Program-made: the position numbers and the translations under genes | Notes under the pieces: model-generated | The model's database searches: none | The model's input: only the letters and a program-made list of their open reading frames with translations | Told to the model about the DNA's origin: nothing | In this document: one piece after another, positions 22,899-33,480 of the stretch | Layout of the letters: the number at the start of each line of letters is the position of its first letter | How positions within the stretch are numbered: position 1 is the stretch's first letter | Source: Phoronis australis | Taxonomy: Eukaryota > Animalia > Phoronida | Assembly (NCBI GenBank): GCA_002633005.1 | Contig: NMRA01000167.1 | Span: forward strand, 42,183 to 94,652 | Length of the DNA: 52,470 bases | Direction of reading: 5' to 3'

Positions 22899-25800
22899 GT
22901 AACTTTTCTCTCTTTTAAAGCTTTCGTTTTGTGAAAGAACTAGCCTAATATCCGATGTCGCATTTGACAAGAAGTTATTTACGAAAACCAAATTCAAGCC
23001 ATGTGTATCTTTTTGTGAAATATGTTGAGATCAGTACGTTAGCTTGACGAACCGGTTTTTATTAGTGTTTAGTGTTTAGTGTCTGGTTGTTTTTACTTCA
23101 TAATGCTTTGTGTTATCGGGAGAAGAGACAACAAATCCATTTGGTCAAAACATTTCTTTGACCTCGGCGATTATACATTGAAGCTGTTTCGAGTTTAACA
23201 TCGCTGTTGCCGTGAAAAACAGTTCTCATGGGGTCTTAAGCAAGCAGCCGAGTTTTTGTCGAAATTGAACATTCGTATGCACGTGGTGCGGTCTGGCTGT
23301 ACGGAGACATATTTTAATTTCGGACACATTACCAACAAGAATATAAATTTAGTGTGCAAGTTTCAAACAAGTGAGAAATTTTAGCATGTTGCAATTTTTC
23401 GTACTTTGTATCACTCGTCATGGTACATGTTCTATTTTCGCCAACTTTCGGTGGCATTTCGTCTCTAGACACACTTTTTGTCTTTGGGACAAAAGTGGAA
23501 CATGAATTTAATGTAGATTATCGGCGTCCAAATAACTGCAACGCATCTACAAAATCAGCTGTCTTAAATTAGAAATTGCACAAATTCTATTTTCCGGCAA
23601 ATTTAGTTATCTAACTAGAAGATATAGTTCTAAGTAACAGAGGCGTTACCGTAGCTTGTGTCTTTTTACAACGGCCCACTTGTCTTACCGGTCACCTCGG
23701 TTTATTGGCATGTCTTAGGTACACTGTCTATGAAATGTAGCATTACACTGGCTTGTAGTCATGGTTGATCAGTGCACAGAATCTTTGATGTTAAGAGATG
23801 AAACGGCACGGACGGAAACAAAACATTTTTTCATTACGTTAGAGAACATTAACGCTATTTCTATTGAAATATCAGAAATGTATAAAAGCAAATGCATTCT
23901 GATCGAGAAGTGATACCGACCGTACGCTGGGTTCCTGATTCAATTTTAGATTGTTTTCATTTGAGTGGGATCAAATTTTGATACAGGATTGCACTAATGC
24001 CTTGTATAGTATGAAAATAAAGATTTCCTTTCGTGGTCAAGTGCTTTCGACTTGCCACAAACACTTCGAGAGAAAGAACGCAATGCCCAGGCTATGACTG
24101 ACGTTTTGGTAAGAGAGATAAGTTACTTTAAACTTTCGCGAATGACTTGCACCTCATTTCGTATCTGAGATTATGTTACATCTAACTTAGACTGAAGAGG
24201 TTACGAAAGATGTGAATGGCAGTGTGGAAATATTGATACGAATGGTATTGAGAATAGCAGCAACGAATGATCACGAATGTTAAAGCCGGTAACGCAGGAC
24301 TTTAGAAAAATGACCAAATTTGGCCAACTTTGGAATATTATATCTCAAAAATGGCTGATAGGATTCATATGAACAGTCACATTGTATACTGTTAGGTATT
24401 GCCTTCAAAGTCTTCCAGATTTGAATGAATGTCTATCAAAATCGGACGTTGAAAACATCTAGCTATATAAAACAAAATTATAATGTAGAAAAGTGCCACA
24501 ACGTTTGTGAGATGTCATCTTGAATATTTATATCAAATAGAATTCGATCGTATTATTGACATCGTTGTTTTTGCTATCAATGTACCTTTCTTTTTGATCC
24601 AGTTAACGACAAATTGGTTAAAAGTCATAAATCAAATTTTATAACAATTCTACTTTCAAAAAAAAGTAATTTTACTGGGTTAAAATCCATAATTGGTTGG
24701 CTAAATATGATAATGTCTTGCGTAACATTACAACTATGCTGAGCGCGCTAAACCATTACATAGCAGTGTGACTGTTTTTTCGGGACATGGGCTTCATTAA
24801 TTGCGATAATTATTTTGTTTTGATTTTTGGGTCCGTCAAGAAGAACAATTCAAGTTCTGGGGTAAAACAAAGTTAACACTTCAAGTTGTTGATGACTTTG
24901 TATGTGGCTTCTTAAGCCCTCTCGTTTTGTTTTGTTTCAATTCTAAATTGTAGATTTTTAGGTCTTCAGACTGTGTCTTCACAACATCTCTTTGACTAAT
25001 AGTTTCACAGAAGTTTTTGGTTTCATGATTTAAAAATATCTTTTTTAAAGCTGCAAATTTTTGGGCCTCCAGTGTATTCAGACTAATAATATATTGAGCA
25101 CAAGGCTTGTCTGCTGCACTCAATATTTACCCATGATTCCAGGTACCTCGGACGCCTCTCGTTTTGTGGCTTTAATGCCTCAACATGATTCTGAATTTGA
25201 AGGTTTTTGGAGCTTAAAACAGTGCACGCAATATAACTTTGGCTAACAATTTAGCAGACGTCTTCGTTTTAATGTTTTAGAGTGTTTTATCTTAACACGT
25301 AAGTGATTTAATGATTAAATCATTAAACGTCACAACCAAAAATGAAGTCTATACTGAACATAAAACTCGAAACTTAACGCTCACAGCCTGCGGATGGTGG
25401 GACCTAAAGGCGCTTCCTGTAAGAGATTACGTGGACAATGGTACTGAACCTTCGCAAACTTTTTGGAACTCATGCGAAGTTTGAGCAGAATGAGATGCGA
25501 CTAGATCACACTAGTTGCGGCAGGAAGTGGCGCTATTGTCGTAGATATTTTAAGTGCTTTGAGCGGAAAATGAAATAGCAGGCCATCGCCTCTGATCGTT
25601 AAATGAAACGATGTTAACCCAAGTTGGACTGACGCATTATAATAATCGAAATCTTGAAAAAAAAACACTGGAAGGGTACTTTACGTGTGACGAAAATGTA
25701 AGCCAATTGATAAGACAAAATAGGGAGTGACGTCATCGGTTCCTGTTGGACTCAGCCTTCTATTGACCAGACGAGGGAATGACAGGGTCAGTTGCTGTAC

Positions 25801-28543
25801 AACCGTGATGGTGTGCGGACAATGACTGGTGAAGAAGAGAGGTCAACGTTCAACGCCATTCAGTAACAGAATGTCATAAACAAGGACCAGTGATATCACA
25901 TGCCTGGTTGACTGTCAACTAGCAAAGGAGATTTGAATAGGTTCGCCGGGTCTGTGTGGATTCTAATCCCTGAAACCACGCATAGTTACCACGGTGCCCT
26001 ATCTCTTTAGTAAGGCTGAACAGACTTTGAAAGTGAAGCGTTTGAGGTTTGGATGGTTATTTGACCTGTCTTTAATCTACGATGGAGGTGTGAAAGAACG
26101 GGGGGGGGGGAAGTAAAACTAAACGGAATCTCTTGCAAACCTTTAAAGTAACTTGTGAAGAGAATAAGACCAAGACATGAATGAATCCGTGACAGAAAAT
26201 GTCTCTCACAGTAGTGTTAAAGGGGTTCAACAGTAATTGCAAAAAATATGTAAAGAATTCGATGTTTTATGACTTTGACTAACTTATAGAGCAGTTCAAT
26301 ATGGTCTTCCATTTCAAATAACATATTATATGAAAAAATGTTGATTTTGAGCTTTCGATAATTGGCATTTGATAATAGCGCGCGTAATCAAATTTCACAA
26401 TGACGTTACACTAACCAATAAGCAAACCCAAGCGTATATATTAGGTGCGACTTAATTCAAAAAGGCAATTTTTTGATTAAAGAAGGAACTTCTTGTAAGA
26501 AATTGTTCACATCAACTAAACGTATTGCGCAATGCCAGCAACGTATACGTAACCGCCATCTAGTGAACTAATGCGGGGTTATTGCGATCTTTGCCGCCTT
26601 TTTCAGAACGTCAAATTGCGCAGTCTTATATGACGCAGTTCGAGCTAGGACAGTTCAAAAACGAAAGCGAGGACCCATGATTTTATTGTTATTTCATGGA
26701 AAACATGGAGAGCATCGAAATAAAATATGAAATAAGAAAGTGCAAGGTAATAAAAGACATTCACTTTCGCTGACTTAAGAAAATCAGTAAATCTGGAAAT
26801 ATCATTAAAGCTGTTAAACCATAAAACTGTCACCGCACAACGAGACTACTCCGTTTTCAAAAGCTTCGCAATCATTTATTTAAGCAGAGGTTGATTTTTA
26901 TTTTTGTCACAAGTGACTTTGTTTAGGCGGCTTTAACGAAAAAAAATAATTCACTGACACCCACTTTGTTTTGCAGTTTTGCCGTAGACAAAGATTAAAA
27001 TACAAAATATGAAAAGTAAAAAGATACCAAAGACAAATCAAAACTGTGTCAAATCGCTTTAAGACAAAATCTCTCCGCACAACGTTTCATTACTACCAAT
27101 TACCTTACTAAACAGTTGACGTCGTTAACTTGTAATCAGACGTATTAGCAGTTACAGAAAGAGTCTAGATTTCGAGTACCATTAGCGGATAACATTAAAA
27201 ACCACCAGACTAGCAACTGATAGTCATGTATACTTTCAAATGGAAATTGTTGCAAAAACTTGCAACGGTCTTTACTTTAAAGGCATAGTCGATCGATTTT
27301 TCTAAGTTGTTTCATTGCATAAACAAAAGAACCATACGATAATTGCGCTCTATTGAAATTCCCTACGTAAGAGCACAAACATGTTATTTCTATCGAATCA
27401 CTCTCTCAATGAATCAAGTATTTTACAGTTTGTCAACTTGTTCGACTGCACGTCAGCATAAATGTCAATCTCTAACGAGTTCGTCAGGATTTTTTGCATG
27501 CTGTGACACGAACATCAGTGTGGCGCAGGAAATGACGCAATTTAACAAAATATTCATACGTAATGAATTTATATCACACATACGTTTAATAATTGTTTCG
27601 GAGTATTGTCGAAGCCGAAATAAAAAGTCACGACGTGGAAAATGTTCCTACTGCGCATGCCCTAATCTAGCGAAATCTATCATTTCCACATCCGTGTACA
27701 GTTCAGCTAAGATTCGTCTAACAAGGTACACTCCTCTTCCGGAATTAACGCGGTCGCCCTCCATCACAAAAACAACTTTTAAATTAGATCACTTAGCATT
27801 GTGAGAGCAGTCTCCAATCTCTCCATAGTCAAATTAGAGTTGATTTTTAATAGCCTTGAAGAAACTGAATGTTTGTCATTATCGTTTGAGACAAAGTTCT
27901 GTAATTTGACATGTCACGATAGGTCATTTTACACATTGAATGTGATCTCGAGTAACAATGAATTGTCAGTTGAGTTCAAGCCCAAAACCCAATTCTCATC
28001 TAAGCAAAGAACAAGTTGAGACCAATTTTAACGCTTCTGTGACGGAATGCGGGCTTACAGCCGCTTTAAAGTATCCGCTAATACGATTGGTTTGCTAACG
28101 CTTTGAATCTTTTCATCATTGTGGTATAACTATCTAGCGGGGGCAGAATATTTACCAAAGTGAATTTCCCTCCAATGGCGTTGACGGAGCCCCCAAGGAC
28201 CTGTTTTTTAATAGGTTTTCCATAATTCGATCCCGCGACACTGCATGTAATAGCACAAATAAATTAATTCTAAATTTGATTGGAATTGGTTATGAAATAG
28301 AGAAAATGTGATTGCTTTCTTGTAGGCGAAAACATTTCCACTTGCTATGAAGCTCGACTGAGCGTGAGATTGAACTCCAAATCCCAGGTTCGCAGTTAGC
28401 GTAACTATTTAAATAAGTTGACAAATGTATGTACTTTAACATGGATTCTCGTTTGTTTTGATTTTACATTCGCCCTAAGAAGTGATTAAAGAGTGGAAAT
28501 AACCACATATGTCTTGACACTTCCGTGAAATAACCGTATCACA

Positions 28544-28827
28544 CAGGGGCGGATCCAGGATNGCAGGGCACAGGAATTTCGCCTCATGCGCGCGCCCAGC
28601 CTAAAATGTAAGGATGTAGGGGGTCTCGAATTTTTGGGTTTGTGGACCTTATTACTACAAAAACAAACGGGGTTTGTTCAAGACCCATGCACTGTGCATT
28701 CGCCCCCCGAGCCCCTTGGGAGCGCGCATATGCTAGTCAGCAATTCGTAACCCGAACTGCAAAATGGAATCTGGGAGAATTTTATGGGGGCCATGGCCCC
28801 CTTGGTCCCCCTCTAAATCCGCCACTG
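28544..28827 (+). mobile_element. MITE, same family, long variant (contains gap N at 28562)
   Basis: caggggcggatccagg...taaatccgccactg. Flanks tcaca/tcacg. Confidence 0.85.
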
Positions 28828-31800
28828 TCACGTGCCTGTGCAGTAACCCAAACGGTTATTGTATGGTCACGTGACATGGCACGAGTGAGCGATGAAATGC
28901 GGTTTAAATCTTAAATACTTGGTGTAAATATGTCAAACTGCATATGTTTTTATCTGAGTAGAGTTACTAGTATGTTGGTTCACCTTCGGCCTGGAGAAAT
29001 TATTTTCTCGGTGCAGAAACTTTGCTTATAGCATAACCAACATAAAACCGACACTCGGGGACAATGAAACATGAATAAAATGCACTAAGTTCAATAGAAT
29101 TCCACGGTTTTATCACAGACAATAACTCAACGGTTGTTCGACGATATCTCACAAAAATACTCCAATTTCCTCACTTGAATCGGTTTGACTCATTGGCTTT
29201 TATTTTGGCAAAAATTTGCTATTCTTTCCCGGATGTTGAACCACGTGACCTCCAGGTACCGCCCTACTCGCAACTCACTTTTCCCGGCATGTAAGTTTAC
29301 AGTTCAGGGATGAAGGCCAACAATACGTTCATCGGCAAGAAACAACTCCTAAAAACTGCATACAATGTAGGTTAGCAGTTACCAAGTTATCGTTTTTTAA
29401 GCGGATTCAACCATTTAGGAAAGCGGTTATTATGCCACCGATTGGTCGAAAATATTCTAAAATGTTTGAAATCAGCTAATGATCCGGCCAGTTAAAACAG
29501 TGAAAGACTTAAAAATCGTAGCCTTTTCAAAAACAAATTTAGGTTCGAGCCTGGAAAACGGGAGAAGAATGCAGACTAGTACGGCTCATTGTTCAACTCA
29601 TCCCACGGAAGTCCAGTTTTCAGTTTTGTTTCCAAAGGCATACATGTGTATTCTAGAGAGGACACTGTGATTTAGAATTTCCTTTATTCTGCAATTATCA
29701 TGAACACCCATGATCAGCACAACAAACCGCTTTCATCGGTGCCAGCAACGAAATAGCTGATCTGGTCGCCGCCTCGATTTCAGTTTACTTTGACTGGAAG
29801 CCTTTGTTAGGAGTAGGAGATTTATGTAATAAAATCACAAAAACGGGAAAGGCTTTGGTATTTACAGCTCTTGTCAAAGATGAGGATTTCAAGAAGTTAA
29901 TACTTTCCATAAGTAGTCCCCAAATTGCGTTTTTAGCCATCAAACCGGCTGTGTTAAAGCTTGGGAGGAGCTCTTTGGTGCATCTCAGGGCTTATTAAAT
30001 CGCCTTGACGTTGTTTTATCTAAATATTTAATGACGCAGATGTTTGGCCTACGAAAGCATCCGCAAGAGAGAAACGTCTTTAATCGACCTATATAAACAG
30101 CTGGCACAATCCCACCGCAAATCATAATCTGTTGTATTTCAATTCATCTAACTGCTAAAAATACGAGAATAAACACAAAAATTAGATAAATTACACGACA
30201 GACATATGCTTGACGCTCCATCGGACGTCCGCGCGATCTAAGATTAACAACAAGGCATTATTCTCTTTTTGCACGTTTCAGTGTCACAGATCATTGATTC
30301 AGTCAGTCGTAATTACACGAATCACTGGCAACAAGTCATTGGTCCGTTCAGGAGGTCATTATTGTTTTAATGTAAGTTGTATGGAAATCGAACTGATAAC
30401 AATGTCATCAATCGTTCGTTCAAATCACCAGAAGATAATCACATGGCCCTCGGCGACCATTTCGTTTATCGTTATGGCGCGTAGTTTAGCTCCTACTGTT
30501 GATAACTAAATCGTAATTCGAAATTAATCGATCTCTGTTCTTTAGTATTCTTGTATCGTTAGAATTTTACCGTCTTTGATAATAGTCTCACAATTTCCTG
30601 ACAAATTAATTTACTTCTGTCCCTCGACGAGCGTTCTGATTACGCTCTCGGTTACAATCGCGATAAACTCAATTTGGGCACACTATTTGACTATCAATAT
30701 CCATTTCTTATTATGGCGTCTTCAGTTCTTACATTTGCTCGCCTGTGTTGGAATAATTCAGCCACTCTCACTCGCCCAATTATCTGTGTCGATGTGGGAA
30801 GATAACAACGTGGCTGATTTAATTGACACTCAGATTCCATTGCTAATCTCCTGATGGATAACCATTTTTTGTAGATCACTTTGTTCAGCAATTTGACAAA
30901 CACTGGTTAAAAATACTGTTATATGAATTATATGAAATCGTTTTAATACGCATCCTTGACCGCAGTTCTGTATGTGAAATTTCCGCCGAAGGGATGGTTT
31001 CGAAAATACTTTATTACCGCTTACTAATAACAGTGTTAACTTTTCATGATACAAATAACAAATATCATATTTTTATCACTTTTACATGTAAGTCGCTATA
31101 TTATCCATAGGCTTTCCCTTGTTGATAAGAATTACAAAAGACATGTTTCGCTATCCTTTCGCTCCAACATGCATCAACATTTTTTCATCAATATGAACAA
31201 TGTATTTTTTCTATCACTATTAAATAAACCCTCTGAGTGGTCTTCAGCAATCGCCTCTTCTCCCCACGTACACTGAGACGTTGATTTTGATCAGCGCTAC
31301 CTCTCGTGTCGACCATTTTTACTGACGACGTCATTGCCGCTCCGTCATTGCCGCTCGATTGACTGGAAGCACCATAAGCCATTGTTCTTCTAAAGCAACG
31401 CTATTTGCCACAGAAATTATGTAATTAGGTCATTGTGTAAGTTAATTCCCTGAACATACCATACTGCCTTTGCAAAAGACACCAGCCCCCCCCCCCCAAA
31501 CAAGCAATTTAATGGGCCCGTTCTGAAGCAGACGACCTCAGTTCTTCTGAAGCCTAAAATCATGAGCAAGGAACAAGATGATCTCGATTTTGCAACAGCG
31601 GGTGGTCTCAATCAAATGTTCACCTCTTAAAAGGCTCGGGTTTATCCCCCCTTCAAGGAATCGGCGATGTCTAATAGAATTATGAAAACAACAGATTTTG
31701 CTGTTTGGTAGCACTTGCCAATGATGCACCGAGAAGTCTGTTTTCCACGGAAATAAACCCAAGAAACCTTTTCTGCTCTCACTGAAGCTAGTTTTGTACA

Positions 31801-32194
31801 TTGAACCAACGCGTTTTATTCATGACTGGCGGCGCAAAAAGAAGACGTAATATTTCTGCGAACATTAAATGATAGTCATTCATACGTATGCTGAGTTTCA
31901 ACGCAATTTGAAAGTGGCCACTCCAACAGTTTTTTACCTCAGCTGGTTTCTTGCTAGTTAGGCAAGTTCATCTAGCTCTTCGCGAGATCTCGCCATGCCT
32001 TAAAACAAAGCACGTGATCGTTCAAACTTTCACAGGAGCATATATTTCTTAAGTAACAAGACCCTGAATAGCTAGCTCAAAAATATATAGTTGTAAGAAT
32101 TAAAAACATACTCTTACTAACTTTTTACGTATTTTGTTCCTGAGGAAAATAAATAAAAAAGGCTACAAGAATATAAACATATAACGACAAAGTA

Positions 32195-32208
32195 TTTTTT
32201 ATTTTCAG
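32195..32208 (+). other. 3' splice acceptor of the neuropeptide coding exon (exon starts at 32209)
   Basis: ttttttattttcag|atcaaggATG: polypyrimidine tract plus CAG, 7 nt upstream of the start codon. Confidence 0.8.
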
Positions 32209-32215
32209 ATCAAGG

Positions 32216-33184
32216 ATGGGGTCAACTTTTCTTGTGTTGTGCACTATTACCGTTATCCAATTCGCTGTATCACAGAGCCTCTTCCTTCCCGAGTCCAGAC
32301 TGGACCAAGGAACAGACTTTGATTTCTGCACGTGCTGCACAGAGAAACGAAACCAGGAATGTTGCGCATTGTGTGACGTTAGCTCCTTGTCGGCTGTTTC
32401 TGTCGACGGAGACCACGGTTTGGAAACTGCACGCGCCCGTGTCCTGGAAAAACTGCGGGCAAAATACAAATTTTTACAGCCCTTGCTGTCTGTTGATGCG
32501 GCCGTTGATGCAAAACGTCAACGGGGAAGGAAAGGAACGTATGACGAAAGGTTTTACAAATTTCAAGTTGGCGGAAAACGGAGACCGTTTTTAGCTAACG
32601 ATGGAAGTCTTGATTCTAGTAAGCGTTCGGATAATTTTTTCCACGGAGCGACATTTGGGAAACGAGGTTCTGAAAAAAGATCGGATCCGTTTTTTCACGG
32701 AGCAGGTTTTGGAAAACGCTCAGTTAATCATTTGAATCCCTGGTCACAGAATGGCGAACTGTTGATTCCAGTAGACCAACATGGCAATTCGAAATGGGAA
32801 AAACGAGGCGACAAGTTTTTCCAGTCGGCATTTTTCGGAAAGCGAGGGCAAATGTTTGGAAAACAAAATGGACTCGTTGGTGTAGCGGATAACACTCCTT
32901 TTGCGGAAGCTGTAAACACCGACGAACAAGATTCTGAGAAAATGACAAACAGCAACGACAACGTGGAACATACCGATAAAACAAACAGTTTTAAATCAAA
33001 TGGTTTTTTGAAACGTGAGCTGAATTCAGATGTTCCCAATTTCATCGTGAAACCCGGTAGAACAATTCCATTTATCTATGATTCGCACGAATTTAGAAAA
33101 CGTTCACCATTGAATAGGATATATAAAATGTTTCCCAATACCCGTGTGCCTTATTTAGAACTAGATTCAAGAGTAAAAAAGTGA
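32216..33184 (+). CDS. Neuropeptide precursor (prepropeptide), 322 aa, single coding exon; yields amidated xDxFFxxAxFamide decapeptides
   Basis: By far the longest ORF in the window. Hydrophobic N-terminal signal peptide (MGSTFLVLCTITVIQFAVS/QS). Repeated cassettes KR-SDNFFHGATF-GKR, KR-SDPFFHGAGF-GKR, KR-GDKFFQSAFF-GKR and RK-GTYDERFYKFQVG-GKRR (dibasic convertase sites plus Gly amide donors). Acidic/Asn-rich spacer. Splice acceptor ttttttattttcag ends at 32208 just before the ATG, and polyA signals follow the stop. Confidence 0.93.
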   Translation: MGSTFLVLCTITVIQFAVSQSLFLPESRLDQGTDFDFCTCCTEKRNQECCALCDVSSLSAVSVDGDHGLETARARVLEKLRAKYKFLQPLLSVDAAVDAKRQRGRKGTYDERFYKFQVGGKRRPFLANDGSLDSSKRSDNFFHGATFGKRGSEKRSDPFFHGAGFGKRSVNHLNPWSQNGELLIPVDQHGNSKWEKRGDKFFQSAFFGKRGQMFGKQNGLVGVADNTPFAEAVNTDEQDSEKMTNSNDNVEHTDKTNSFKSNGFLKRELNSDVPNFIVKPGRTIPFIYDSHEFRKRSPLNRIYKMFPNTRVPYLELDSRVKK

Positions 33185-33468
33185 CGAGATTCTGTGTTCT
33201 TACTGTTATTGACCCCGCAAATAATTAGCAGACGACAACGCTCGACGTGGCAGCATTCAAAGCTGCTGAGGTGGGAAACGTTTGTGTGAATGCGCGTGCG
33301 CACATAACTTGTTGGTTTTCCACTTCGTCCTGCCAGGCAATATGGTAGCCATGGAAACGGTCTCATTGTTGAAGACTCTATGACCAGTGTTGTCACCGAT
33401 GTGTAAGTGTAAAGTGTATTTCATCGACTGCAGTATGTTTCATCTGTTTTGTTGTCCACGTGATTTGA

Positions 33469-33480
33469 AATAAAAATAAA
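33469..33480 (+). terminator. Tandem polyadenylation signals (AATAAA AATAAA) of the neuropeptide gene
   Basis: AATAAA at 33469-33474 and 33475-33480, about 285 nt after the stop codon, followed by a T-rich tract (ctctttttaattttcttc). Confidence 0.7.

Noticed and set aside
26553-26568. CTCF-like motif (TCACTAGATGGCGG on the minus strand; similar words at about 2781 and 14988)
   Set aside because: A short motif match only, probably within repeats. Function cannot be supported from sequence alone.
32627-32836. Assigning the precursor to tachykinin, SALMFamide or FMRFamide families
   Set aside because: The diagnostic C-termini (FxGLMa, LxFa/FxFa, RFa) are not met, so no gene symbol is given.
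32125-33045. Several overlapping and antisense ORFs across the neuropeptide CDS
   Set aside because: Shadow frames of the real coding exon with no independent signals.
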